A DNA stretch of 64,000 bases, taken from a virus. Lineage: Duplodnaviria > Caudoviricetes. The stretch is from positions 1,138 to 65,137 of IMG/VR virus record IMGVR_UViG_3300028920_000071; one strand, written 5' to 3'. Both the position numbers and the translations under genes were made by a program. The notes under the pieces were generated by a model. It made no database searches. It was not told where the DNA came from and worked only from the letters and a program-made list of their open reading frames with translations. Below, piece by piece: positions 44,457-56,200 of the stretch (its first letter is position 1; each line of letters begins with the position of its first letter).

Positions 44457-47192
44457 ATGGCTACAAATTTTAAGTACACTAATGTCGAATATGCAGATAT
44501 TGTAAGAGAAATTCAGGATAGACTTAATGCAGATCCTAGATTTGATAATTACAGAGAATCCGCAATCGTTCAACAGTTAATAGAAATATTCGCTGGTGCT
44601 GTTGATATTACTAACTATTATCTTCAACGTAGAGCAGAAGAATGCTATTTCGATACTGCACAACTTAGAAGTTCTGTAATTCTTCTTTCAAGACAACTTG
44701 GATATGTAGTCCAAAGACCTATTCCAGCAACTGCTAAACTTAAATTTAAACTTAAAGGCGATTTTTCCGATTTGGGATTAGATACTGGTTTTGCAACAAA
44801 AGTTCAAATTCCTTTTCATTCAGTTTTTACATATGAAGGTTTTGATCTAATTCTTAAAAAGACATTAGTATATACAATACCAGATTCTATGATAACAGAT
44901 ATGAATACTCTTGGTGCAGAATTTGAATCTAATTTTATAACTGTTGATGATGATAATGCAGATATTGAACTTGTTCAAGGAGAAATTAGAGAAAAAGTTA
45001 TTGAAGGTCTAACTAATCCACAAGTCAGTCGAAAATTTCAATCATACAGAATAGAAGATGAAGAATTTAGTAATATTTATGGAGATGAAGATTATATACC
45101 ACCAACTACAAGAGTCTGGATTGGAGAAACTAAAGATACAGAATATACAATAGATAGAAAATCTCTTGTCAACTGGCAGAACTTTTCATTGTTAGACCCT
45201 TCTAATAATAAACTTTGTGTTATTAGAACTAGTATTAATGAAGATATTGATTTACAATTTGGAGATGGAAAATATACAGCTATTGGAGCAGAAGTTTCAT
45301 CAACAGGAGCAATTACTACATATGATAATATTTTTGTACAATATTTGGGAACAAAGGGTTCTAAAGGAAATAAAACAGGAGTTGTTGGTAAGAAAATAAA
45401 CTTTAGTAATCAAATATCAATTCAAAACCAAGATGCAGAATCACATGATATAACCGATAAAATTGAATTTTATTTTAAAAGTAATTTAATTGGTGGAGCA
45501 GATATGGAAGATATTGATTCTATAAGAGTCAACGCTCCTAATATTTATTACTCGTTGGATAGATTAGTAACATCTAAAGATTATGAAAGCTATCTTAAAA
45601 CATTAACAAGTCCAATAGTTGTTAGAAACGCAATTGCCTGGGGAGAGCAAGAAGAAGCCAGAGCTCAAGGTGTTAATGCTATTAAAAAATTATTTAATAT
45701 AGTTTTTTATACTGTTATTGGAGATATGTATCAAACATCAGAATCACCATATTATGCAAGAACTAAAAATAATGGTCTTAGTCTTACAGTTTTAGATAAT
45801 GATTTTGATGAAAATGAAATAGCTAAAAGAAACTACTATAATGTTTATACATTTCAAAATGTTGTTCAACAACTTAAAGAATATGAAGTATCATCATATT
45901 TTTATAGGATAGATGGTAACGAAATAACAGCTACAGTAAATGAGTTAAATGCTTTGATAACCGATGAAGATGAACAACCAATAGTTGTTAATTATAAGTC
46001 TGAATCGTTTGATAATATTGGAAGTACCACAGTAACAGCTACCATGGCTACCACAAGTACAAATGTTGATCAAATAGCTACAAACTTTGCTAGCCAATTA
46101 CAAACACAATTAAATAATGCTAGTTTTATAGATCAAAGAACAGGATCACCTACTAATGGTCAACCAGCATTTGGAAATGCTACAGTAACATATGATAGTA
46201 CGGAAAAGAAGATAACAATTAAAGTTGATACAGAATTAGATAATTGTTATGTTTATGCATTATCGGCAAATCCAGACGAGTCTTTCTTAAATGCTTTGGG
46301 ATTTCCAACATCTCCACGTAAAACTGTTGAAGTTAGTTTTGAGGAAAAATCAGTAGTTTTAAGTGACAAGATAATAGATGTAACAAATAAACTAAAAGAA
46401 AGAAGTTTAATTACAGTTCAAAATATTTATATAAGTCCAGTTATTCAGAATTTTAATATTAAAGGAAAAGTGTTTGTTGATCCTCTTACAGATAAAGAAG
46501 CTTTAAGAGTTGAAATAGCCGATGCTATTTATAATTGGTTAAATATAAATGCTGATTATAATGTTCTTATTTATAAATCAAATGTAATTGATATTATTAA
46601 TGGGTTTAATAATGTTAAATATTGTAATGTTTATTTTGAACCACAAACATTAACAGCAGTTCAAGGTGAATATACACCTTTTGATGGAACATTTTATAAT
46701 GATGGTAGAAATAAATATTTTAATGAAGGATTTCCAGAACCGGGATCCGAGGGTGGAAACTGGTATGCTATTAAAGAAGCTATTGAAAATAATTTAGCTA
46801 CTTATTTAATATCAGGTTTACAATCAGATCCAAATACAAGTGAATTAAATGTTACAACATATACATATCTTACACAAGAATATAAACTCGATTGGAAATC
46901 TGCAGTTAATGAAAGAAATTTCTTTTCATCTTATGTTAAAAATGTTTATAATGATTTGATAGCTTATAATAATACTGTTATAACCAATTGGGCAAATAGT
47001 GAATATTTTATGAAAGAAATGGGATTAATACATAAAGATCTATTAAAAATAATAAGATATAACATGTTGGATACTAGTGGAAATATAGCTCCGGAATATA
47101 ACTCTAATAATCAGTTGATTAGAGGTGGTTATAGTCTTGGTAATGAAATAGCAAAAATGGACGTGCAATTAGTCTACGAATATAAAGTCTAA
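44457..47192 (+). CDS. gp6: Baseplate wedge protein, T4 gp6-like (BaseplateJ family)
   Basis: NYY......E.YFDTAQLRSSV..L...LGY...RP.PA; FGDG; GGAD.EDIDSIR.NAP..Y...RLVT..DY. Confidence 0.92.
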   Translation: MATNFKYTNVEYADIVREIQDRLNADPRFDNYRESAIVQQLIEIFAGAVDITNYYLQRRAEECYFDTAQLRSSVILLSRQLGYVVQRPIPATAKLKFKLKGDFSDLGLDTGFATKVQIPFHSVFTYEGFDLILKKTLVYTIPDSMITDMNTLGAEFESNFITVDDDNADIELVQGEIREKVIEGLTNPQVSRKFQSYRIEDEEFSNIYGDEDYIPPTTRVWIGETKDTEYTIDRKSLVNWQNFSLLDPSNNKLCVIRTSINEDIDLQFGDGKYTAIGAEVSSTGAITTYDNIFVQYLGTKGSKGNKTGVVGKKINFSNQISIQNQDAESHDITDKIEFYFKSNLIGGADMEDIDSIRVNAPNIYYSLDRLVTSKDYESYLKTLTSPIVVRNAIAWGEQEEARAQGVNAIKKLFNIVFYTVIGDMYQTSESPYYARTKNNGLSLTVLDNDFDENEIAKRNYYNVYTFQNVVQQLKEYEVSSYFYRIDGNEITATVNELNALITDEDEQPIVVNYKSESFDNIGSTTVTATMATTSTNVDQIATNFASQLQTQLNNASFIDQRTGSPTNGQPAFGNATVTYDSTEKKITIKVDTELDNCYVYALSANPDESFLNALGFPTSPRKTVEVSFEEKSVVLSDKIIDVTNKLKERSLITVQNIYISPVIQNFNIKGKVFVDPLTDKEALRVEIADAIYNWLNINADYNVLIYKSNVIDIINGFNNVKYCNVYFEPQTLTAVQGEYTPFDGTFYNDGRNKYFNEGFPEPGSEGGNWYAIKEAIENNLATYLISGLQSDPNTSELNVTTYTYLTQEYKLDWKSAVNERNFFSSYVKNVYNDLIAYNNTVITNWANSEYFMKEMGLIHKDLLKIIRYNMLDTSGNIAPEYNSNNQLIRGGYSLGNEIAKMDVQLVYEYKV

Positions 47193-47206
47193 TAGGAATT
47201 AAATAA

Positions 47207-50200
47207 ATGGCAACAGTATTATATGTAAATTTACAATCTGTTACTAATGGTGATGGTTCATCATTAACACCATATAATTATACACAGTTTATACAGAGTA
47301 TAAGTGGTGGTGTTCCAGCAACACAGTCTAATCCAGATCTCGGGAATAGAGATTATTATCTTTCAGGTACAAAAGTTATTTCAAGTGATGATGAAACTTG
47401 GGAATTTAGTGGACTGTCTGATATAATCAATATTTATTCGGTATCGGGATATAACAGTCCAATTAAAATAACTTTTACATCTGGTGTTAGTTTTAAAAAT
47501 GTTGATGTTGGTAGTGTTACTTTTAATAATTTAATGATTCAATGTCAGAACCAAAATTTTAATTTAATTGGTAATAATAAATTATTTATTTTTAAGAATT
47601 GTTGGGTTTATGCAGAAACTAATAATATAGTGCATGAAAATGCAACTAACAGTAATATTCAATTTATTAATTCAAATTTAAAAGCTAATTATTTACTTTT
47701 AAGTAATGGATATTTATCAGCAATAAATTCAATTTTTGCTGTTGAGAATATATCAACTACTCTTACATCAGATAATATCACTATTGATAATTCGGTTTTT
47801 ACTAAAGATCTTACAGCGTATAATGCATATTCAAATATGTCAATTGGTTCTTTCTATGAAAATTGGACGGAATCTAGTGCTTTAAGTGCAGACATTTCAG
47901 CTATAAACCAAAATGATGTTGATTATCTATCAGCTACGTGGAATGAAATATCATCTACTGGAAATAGCACGTATACTGATTTGTTTTGGGGTGAATCAGC
48001 TAGAGATGGTGTAGGCGCATTATATTTTCCATATTTACATTTGGTAACATCAGCATCATCAACATCTGGAAATATACCATTAACTGTTAATATATCTGCA
48101 ACTTTTTCTGGTACAAATACATCAACATCCTTATATGATTATAATTTCGGTGACGGAACTACTAGCGCTGGAGTTTCATCAACATACTTAGAACATATAT
48201 ATACATCAGTAGATATTTATTCACCATCTATTACAGCATATTCTAAAAATAGTTGGTATAGTGTTAACGATTCTATAGATGTTTCGGCGTATGATGCAGT
48301 ATTATCGGGAGCAATAGTTACATTAGATACTGCCACATCAGCTACCATTACTAGTGCATATATTAATAATAGTATTGCAGTTTCTTCAACATTTATATCT
48401 GGATCACCAACAACGTATGACGTTGATTGGGGAGATGGAACCAGTTCCTCAGATGTTTCATATGTGGATAGAGTTTATTCAGAACATACTTATTCTAATG
48501 GTGGAAGTTATGTTATTATAGTTACACTAACAAACGATGCTTCACAATCAACTGAATTGAGTGCCAATACTTTAGATATAGAAGAAGTATCAACTAGAAT
48601 ATTATATGTAGATATTAATAGAAGTTATGACTCAACTGCTACTCATACTGGTACAACTGTAGATCCTTTAGATTATGGTGAATTAGTTGATATGACAACT
48701 TCTGGTGGAATTGGTGTTAATTATGATACTTATAAACTTAAAGGATTTAGAGAAATTTCATCAACATCTGAAATTATTAATACTAATTATTTAGCTGGTT
48801 ATACTATTGATGCATGGGATTTATCGGCTTATGGTCCTTGGATGATTGTTAAAGATGATAACTATCTTGAGAATGAAACAATGTCATTTATGGGTTCAAG
48901 TGCTATTGGTGGTTTATATTATAATAAACCTAGAGTTGAAGATTTAGTTGATTATGGAAGTGCAATTAAAATAAGTAATTTAAAAAATATGTTCATAGTT
49001 AATCAGGGTTTAAATTCTGATATTGAATCATATATTTACGAAACTCAGATTTCAGCAGTTTCGGCAGTTTTAAGTGCTAGTGGAACATCAGCAGACCCAG
49101 CAACGTATGCTTATATAAATGATAATTTTGATACATCATCATATGATTCATGGTGGTCATCACAACTTGAATTGTCATCAACTATTTCTGCATATGCACC
49201 GACATCAAGCGACTATGGAGTTTTATTTTATAATGTCTCCGCTTTTCTTACAATGACACCTCATAATATATCAGCAAACCATATATTAGTTGAATATGGC
49301 GAACAATTAGGACCTAATAATTTAGGGCCTAATATATCTTTTAAAATTTATGTTACAGATTGTAACAGTTCTTATGTTGGAATAAGATATAATGAAACTA
49401 CTGGTGATGTTGATTTAATATCGGGTACAAACCATACAGGTCCTGGATCTGATGTGCTTGTTGAAAGTGATGCAGCGGCATTGCCATTTACAGCATACGC
49501 TTTTCTTTATGGTAGAATAGAAATTTTAAGTGGAGTAGCTTCAGCATCTTATAGTTTAACATCTGGAGCTACATGGGTACCTTATTCAAATACTGTTCCA
49601 TTATCATCTTGTTCATATTCTGTTTCAGGTGAAGGTTCATCAAAAGGATTACTTAGTTTTATTAATATAAGTGCAATTGGAGTAGATAAAGACGAAAGTG
49701 GATTACCATATGATGATGCGGTATCAGGTACATCAGCTGTATATACATCAGCTTATTATTTAACATCTGGAACTGGAAATATAAATATCATTGGTTGCAC
49801 TATTTATACAGATACTGGTTTTGAAACTGGTAGAGTATATTCTGCATCAAGTTTAAGTTCAATGAGCGGATCATTTAATATAGAAGATTCTGTAATTGTT
49901 GGATTAGAGGCATTGAATGATACTAGTGCAGTTACGATTAATATGTATAATAACACTTTCAATAGAGCCCAAACAGCAATAGCATCAGATTTTAATGTAT
50001 CGGCAGACAGTAATAACCAATATAGTTGGACACCACCAACAAACTATCCTTTTGTAAGGTCGGCTGGTTCATCATATGGATATGATCAAAACTTAACTTG
50101 GCTAAGTGCTAATCCATCAATTATAGCACCTTTTAGTGGTATAACAACACCACCTAATCCTGGGTATAATAGTCCAGAATATCCAGGATACGAAACAGGA

Positions 50201-50242
50201 TTGTTTGGATATAGTAGACCAGATTATATTAGACCAGATTAA
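47207..50242 (+). CDS. Tail/baseplate-associated fibre or adhesin with beta-helix-like and PKD-like modules
   Basis: YVN....NGDGS..TPY cap; PKD motifs YNFGDGT..H.Y and VDWGDGT..HTY..GG.Y; S/T-rich. Confidence 0.7.
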   Translation: MATVLYVNLQSVTNGDGSSLTPYNYTQFIQSISGGVPATQSNPDLGNRDYYLSGTKVISSDDETWEFSGLSDIINIYSVSGYNSPIKITFTSGVSFKNVDVGSVTFNNLMIQCQNQNFNLIGNNKLFIFKNCWVYAETNNIVHENATNSNIQFINSNLKANYLLLSNGYLSAINSIFAVENISTTLTSDNITIDNSVFTKDLTAYNAYSNMSIGSFYENWTESSALSADISAINQNDVDYLSATWNEISSTGNSTYTDLFWGESARDGVGALYFPYLHLVTSASSTSGNIPLTVNISATFSGTNTSTSLYDYNFGDGTTSAGVSSTYLEHIYTSVDIYSPSITAYSKNSWYSVNDSIDVSAYDAVLSGAIVTLDTATSATITSAYINNSIAVSSTFISGSPTTYDVDWGDGTSSSDVSYVDRVYSEHTYSNGGSYVIIVTLTNDASQSTELSANTLDIEEVSTRILYVDINRSYDSTATHTGTTVDPLDYGELVDMTTSGGIGVNYDTYKLKGFREISSTSEIINTNYLAGYTIDAWDLSAYGPWMIVKDDNYLENETMSFMGSSAIGGLYYNKPRVEDLVDYGSAIKISNLKNMFIVNQGLNSDIESYIYETQISAVSAVLSASGTSADPATYAYINDNFDTSSYDSWWSSQLELSSTISAYAPTSSDYGVLFYNVSAFLTMTPHNISANHILVEYGEQLGPNNLGPNISFKIYVTDCNSSYVGIRYNETTGDVDLISGTNHTGPGSDVLVESDAAALPFTAYAFLYGRIEILSGVASASYSLTSGATWVPYSNTVPLSSCSYSVSGEGSSKGLLSFINISAIGVDKDESGLPYDDAVSGTSAVYTSAYYLTSGTGNINIIGCTIYTDTGFETGRVYSASSLSSMSGSFNIEDSVIVGLEALNDTSAVTINMYNNTFNRAQTAIASDFNVSADSNNQYSWTPPTNYPFVRSAGSSYGYDQNLTWLSANPSIIAPFSGITTPPNPGYNSPEYPGYETGLFGYSRPDYIRPD

Positions 50243-50255
50243 ATAGGAAAATAAT

Positions 50256-52679
50256 ATGGGATATTTTTATGAAATAGATTTTACGGTTACTCTTAGTGCT
50301 GGAACATCAGCTAATGAGACTCTAGAGCATTCATTGTCAGCTGGACAATTGTATGTAGCTAATAGTAATGTTGAACCAGTATCCGGTACAAGATTCTATA
50401 AAACATACTTAGAAGTATCTGGAAGTGAATCACCTTGGTTAGGTGGAAAATATGAAGATTTTATTGATGATGATTTATCAGCGGCGAAAGGTTCACCAAC
50501 ATATGCTGGTGATATATATGAGGTTGGAGATAATAGAACTATTACATATATTACAAGACATACAGATGGTAATAATGGTCTTGTAGTTTTAAAATCAGAT
50601 AGACGAGTTTTAGCACCAAATGGGCCAATGGGAGGACCAAATTCCAGTCCAGATTTTGAATATCAAGGAAATAGAACACTTTCATTACCATCATCAGATT
50701 TATATTCACTAAGCGCATTAACTATTATTAAAGGAGTGGGTTCCGGTGGATTTACATTTAATTGGTTTGTTTGTGTTAATGATAGTGATTCTGCTTTATT
50801 AGAAAGTGAAACAACTTTACCAACAATAGAAGATTATGCTTGGTCTGGCAGATCGGGAGTTAATGATATTCCTATTTGGACAGGTGGTGAAACTTCATCA
50901 ACTATTGTATTTGCTGATCATGGTATAACAAATAATGTAACCGGACAAGAAATAGTTATAAGAGCAGCTGGAACAGATGCAGCTACTAGTGCGATTTTTA
51001 CTTATTATACAGGAAATCCCAGAAGAAATCCTTGGTATACAACTGGTGGAGGACCAACTTTTTGGTCTTCATCTGCCTATAATGCCGATGGTGTATCCAG
51101 AATGTTAATAACTAGTGCTGGTGAATTTGATTATGAAGATTGGAATGATGGTGATTATAACGACTATGTAGGTTCTCAGGGTTATCCGCCTTTTGACCCA
51201 GTTGAATTAGGTACACTTTTTTATGTAAATGCAAATGGAAGTAATATATATCCTTGGAATACACCATCTAAGGGATTCACATCTTTTTCAGCTTTAAGTG
51301 CTGGATTAGGAGGAATACTTGAAGATGGATATACTATAGAAGTTGTTAATGATGGAGAAATTGATGATTCTGGTGAAAATATAACTTTAGTTATGAATGA
51401 AAGCGGAACAGTAACTATAAGATCATATGGAACTGATGGAACAAATAGAGTTACAAGTAAACCAACAATAAAAGTTAAAAATAGTGGATATGGAATTTAC
51501 ATTGATTCCGATTATGATTTTACATGCAATGTTGAAAATTTAAAAATATATAAAGACGAATCACAAGGAAGTTTGGCTGGTTACATTTTTTCAATTTATT
51601 GTGGTAATAAAAGTGTAAGTGGTTGTATATCAGGATGCATGATATGGTGTAATGTTACAGGCGCTTCGGCAAATCTTGCAAGAGGAATTACTATTGATGG
51701 ATATGGTTATTGTAGTATTACAAATAATGTTGTAGCAAAAGTATATAATGGTATTAGTCAAACACAATCAATAACTCCGGTTTCGGCATCAACTGAATAT
51801 TATAATAATACTGTTTTTGATTTTGCAAATATTGGAATAAATGCATTACAAGATCGTACTGCTAAAATATATAATAATATAATAGATGGTAACAATAGGT
51901 CGGGAGGTTTTAGTTGGGGAGTTTATTATACAAGTGGATATGGTGTTTCAGAAGATTATAATGATTTTTGGAGATGTACTTCCGCAGCTGTCGCGGAGGG
52001 TTATAATGTATCTACAAATATTGGTACTAGTAGTTTTTCAGCAGATCCTATCTTTTTTGATACTGCAAATGATGATTTTAGAATATGGACAAATTCTCCG
52101 TGTATTGATACTGGTTTAAGTGGATTAGTTTTGACAGATTATAGAGGAACATCAAGACCTCAAGTTATTCCAGGATATACACCTACTACTGATGGAACTG
52201 ATATAGGTGCATATGAAATGTTGGAAACAGAATTGAAAGGTGGTCATATAGGTGCATTTTATTTTGGGCCTATAGTACAAAATATAACAGCACCAATATC
52301 AACTATAACAGTTAGTTCTTTCTTACCAGAAGTTACGATAACTGATCCTGTTTCAGTAACAATAACGGCTCCTATTTCAACAATATGGATTACACCTCTT
52401 GGTTCAACAGTATTTACAACAAGTGATATTAAAATTGATTTTGTTGGAGTTCCAAGAATAGGAACTTCGCCTTTAGTTGTTGATTTTACTGCAACAGTAA
52501 CTTTTGGAGGAGCATATTTTAATAAATATAAGGTAAAAGAATATATTTGGTATTTCGATTATGGTAATTATCCAACAGTCACCGAAACAACTACATCACC
52601 AACAATAACACATATTTATAATGGATATAGTGGTCAAAAATTTGATGTTAGATGTTGTGTAACTATAGAGAGCGTTTAA
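50256..52679 (+). CDS. Tail spike/adhesin with right-handed beta-helix and C-terminal PKD-like domain
   Basis: ITNNVV..YNNTV..IYNNII repeats; ADP.F.D...DDFR....SPCID.G...D..G..RP....DIGAYE terminus; PL.VDFT...WYFD PKD. Confidence 0.72.
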   Translation: MGYFYEIDFTVTLSAGTSANETLEHSLSAGQLYVANSNVEPVSGTRFYKTYLEVSGSESPWLGGKYEDFIDDDLSAAKGSPTYAGDIYEVGDNRTITYITRHTDGNNGLVVLKSDRRVLAPNGPMGGPNSSPDFEYQGNRTLSLPSSDLYSLSALTIIKGVGSGGFTFNWFVCVNDSDSALLESETTLPTIEDYAWSGRSGVNDIPIWTGGETSSTIVFADHGITNNVTGQEIVIRAAGTDAATSAIFTYYTGNPRRNPWYTTGGGPTFWSSSAYNADGVSRMLITSAGEFDYEDWNDGDYNDYVGSQGYPPFDPVELGTLFYVNANGSNIYPWNTPSKGFTSFSALSAGLGGILEDGYTIEVVNDGEIDDSGENITLVMNESGTVTIRSYGTDGTNRVTSKPTIKVKNSGYGIYIDSDYDFTCNVENLKIYKDESQGSLAGYIFSIYCGNKSVSGCISGCMIWCNVTGASANLARGITIDGYGYCSITNNVVAKVYNGISQTQSITPVSASTEYYNNTVFDFANIGINALQDRTAKIYNNIIDGNNRSGGFSWGVYYTSGYGVSEDYNDFWRCTSAAVAEGYNVSTNIGTSSFSADPIFFDTANDDFRIWTNSPCIDTGLSGLVLTDYRGTSRPQVIPGYTPTTDGTDIGAYEMLETELKGGHIGAFYFGPIVQNITAPISTITVSSFLPEVTITDPVSVTITAPISTIWITPLGSTVFTTSDIKIDFVGVPRIGTSPLVVDFTATVTFGGAYFNKYKVKEYIWYFDYGNYPTVTETTTSPTITHIYNGYSGQKFDVRCCVTIESV

Positions 52680-52680
52680 T

Positions 52681-53283
52681 ATGGAATTTTTACAAATATG
52701 GATAGGTAAAAAACCTAATAGGAAAATAATGGCATGTATTAAAAGTGTTAGAAAACAACTTAGAAAAAAAGATACATATACATTAATTTCAAATACTAAT
52801 TTCTTAGAAGATGATTCTATTAATTGGATTCCCTATAAAGAATATATAAAGAAGATAAAAAAAGATAAAATAACTAAGGATTTTTGGAAATATTTTAATA
52901 GTCATAAATATAAAGCAATTAATACAACAATATCAGATGTTATAAGATTTCATTATGCTATAAATCATAAAAATGTGTTATATATAGATACTGATGTTAA
53001 ACTTAAAAGTTTACCAAAATTTGATAATAATCAGGTTTATTTTTCACCACATGGAAGAAAAACATTTGATTATTATATGTTTTATAATGGAAATAATAAT
53101 GATTTGTTTAAAAAAATATTAGAAAGTTCTATTTATAGAGTTACCGAAATTGAAAATATTGACATATTAAAATCAAAAATATGGATTTTTAAAACTATGA
53201 TTAGATCAAAATTAACAAATGAAATTAAAAAAATTGATAAAGAACACTATGTTCATCTTAATTTAGGTAAAGATAAAATTTAA
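52681..53283 (+). CDS. DXD-motif glycosyltransferase-like protein (GT32/TcdA-TcdB-like sugar-binding region)
   Basis: QIWIG...MACIKS N-terminus; SDVIRFHYA......LYIDTDV; C-terminal His (HYVHL). Confidence 0.7.
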   Translation: MEFLQIWIGKKPNRKIMACIKSVRKQLRKKDTYTLISNTNFLEDDSINWIPYKEYIKKIKKDKITKDFWKYFNSHKYKAINTTISDVIRFHYAINHKNVLYIDTDVKLKSLPKFDNNQVYFSPHGRKTFDYYMFYNGNNNDLFKKILESSIYRVTEIENIDILKSKIWIFKTMIRSKLTNEIKKIDKEHYVHLNLGKDKI

Positions 53284-53295
53284 AGGTAATTAAAA

Positions 53296-56200
53296 ATGAC
53301 AATCCATTATGCAGATCTAGATAAATATGCAGCTGGCGCTGGAACTTCTGCCAACCCTTATAACTATAGTCAAATAGCTAATTGGGCATCATCAGCTAGT
53401 GAAGGTGATGTTTTAAAATTAAAGGGAGAATTTTCAACAGCCGCAGTATTTACAACTCTCAGTAATTGGGATTTTAATATATCAGCAACTTCGTGGGAAG
53501 ATAATTGGCCTTGGTATGTTTCTTTATCAACTTATGACATGGATATTTTTGCTGATTCATCATCACCGCCAACTAATAAAAAAATTACAATAATTAATGG
53601 TATTTTTAATACTGCCATAAGTTTTGATTTATCAGTTTCTCCACTTATGAATAATAATTCTATTGAGTTTAGAAATTGTATCTTTTTTGAAGATCCAAAT
53701 TCAGTTATAGGTAGTAGCGCGATAAATGTTTATTTTAATGGTTGTACTTTTGCTGATAATTTAAGTATTATAAGTTATGGTGGAGGTCCTAAATCGTCAC
53801 AATATAATTTTAATGATTGTGTTTTTGTTAATTCATATATTGATGATGATAGTATAAGCGCTGGAACTTTTAGTGCAACTAATTGTTTATTCTCGTTAGA
53901 TCAGTATAGTATTGAAACTCAAGTAGCTGCAAGTTTAGCAATATTTACTAATTGTACATTTGATTGGGATTATGGTGGAACTTTCCCTAGTTATCTTGAA
54001 ACAAAATATTATTTTGATAATATTATTGATCACCTTACAAATCATAAATTAAATTATAGAGATTTTAATGTTCCACAAACATTCGATACAAGATATAATA
54101 CTTGGTCAGCTAATGATTATACGGATTGTTTTGAAAAAACACCAAGAACAGGACCTGGAGCTTTTATATTTTATCCATATCCAGTTGTAACATTTTCAGC
54201 CAATCCAACAGTTGCTTTTATAAATCAACCTATTACATTTACCATTTCAGCTGACTCGTTTCATCCAGATGTATCAGCACTATATTATTTTAATTTGGGT
54301 AATGGTGATTTAACCGCAAGTTCTTCGGCAACTTATGAAAAAACATATGGAGCGTCTGATAGACCATATGAAGATCCAAATGGTAGTTTGCTATTTTATT
54401 ATGATCCAATTATAGTACGACAAGGAACTAATTCACTTCCTAATAGTTCAGCAACTTCTGTATCAATAGTTATTAATCCATATCCAAATATAATTAGAAG
54501 TGGTAGCGGTTTGATTAACGAAAATCAAACATTCACAATAGGTAATTGGTATGAATTTGATGATTCAACTATTTCAGCAGTCGACTGGGATTTTGGAAAC
54601 GGATCTACATCAGCATCACTAGGAATTCAAGATGATGCAGTAGCATCATATAGCGCAGCTGGAAGTTATACAGTTTCAGCCGTTGTGTATGATATAAGTG
54701 GAAATTCGGCTACTGATACATATACATCAGAAATAATGAACGCATATATATCAGCAAATACTAATATTGCATTTTATGACCAAACTTCTATAGACTTTGC
54801 TTTGATTGTTGATTATGGTGCTGGTAATACGGGAATTCAAACAGATTTTGAATTTGATCACGGGGATGGTTCGACAAGTAGTGTAAACACTATAATAGTT
54901 GGAACTAGTGGAACGGAATATAGTTTAAATAAAATATACTATGAATCAAACCCACCAGATTATGCACCAAGAGGAAAAATTACACCAGATGTTGCTTCTG
55001 GTTTTGTAGAATCGCCTTGGTTAGAATGGCCTATAACTTTTAATTTAGTTCCCGAAATAACAGCAACAGGAACATTCATAATAAATAATGATATAACATT
55101 TAGTATAACTAATTATGAAACTACTAGTACAAATATTGATACTGTTCATTGGGAATTTGGTGATGGAAACGATGATTGGCTAGATTTAGACACATCAGCA
55201 GTTCATCAATATACATCAGCTGATACTTATATTATTACAGCAACATTATACGATATAAGTGGCAATACCGTAACAGCAACTTACAATATAGGTATGTTTG
55301 TTGGAGATGTTTGTAAATTAAAAAATGAATATATAGAATTAACTGGACCTTATGAAGTAAATAGATATGGTTCTAATAAATTAATTAATCTAACATATTT
55401 CTTACCTAATAATGTTAAGATAACAGATACAAGTGCATTTTTATATCAATTTGAAGACTATCTTAATAATATGTTTGAGGGTGAGGATGGTTTTAGTCTT
55501 AGTTCAATAGACCTAACTATAACTAGAAATTATCTAACGTCAGGTGAATATGTATCAGCTGATAATATAACATCAGGTGATTATATTAATTTTAGAGAAT
55601 TTACATATGATTTGGAAAGTTCAGATACAAATATAGCATCAGCAACTTCAGCTATACCTACAGATACATATGATGATACACAAAAAATTGTAATTGGGTT
55701 GCCAACGAATGCTTATGATGATGATAGAAAAATATCAATATTAGAAAAAACTAAAAGATTAACAGAATTACAAGACCCCGATCTTATACCAATTAAAATA
55801 GAACAAGATGCTAATTATAGCAATTATGATTTTATTACACTATTGGCTAAAAATTTTGGTTATCAAGTTGATGTATCAAGAGAACAGTTGGCTTATACTG
55901 GTTCAATTACAGATTTAGCATCCACAGAAAATTTAGCAACATCAGCCGCTGATATTGTTAAATATTTAAGATTTTTAGTAGCTAGTTTACCACAATGGTA
56001 TAAGATTAAAACGACTGATAATGCTATTAAAGTTATGTTGTATTCTTTTGGTTTAATTGGTGGAATGTTACCATATTATACACAAGATTATATATATAAG
56101 TGGAAATTAGCAGATGAAAATGGTAGCGTTGAAAATATTCCAGATGATTATTATGCATCGCCGCACTTTGCGGTAGGTGTTGATATTATTGAAAGTACAG

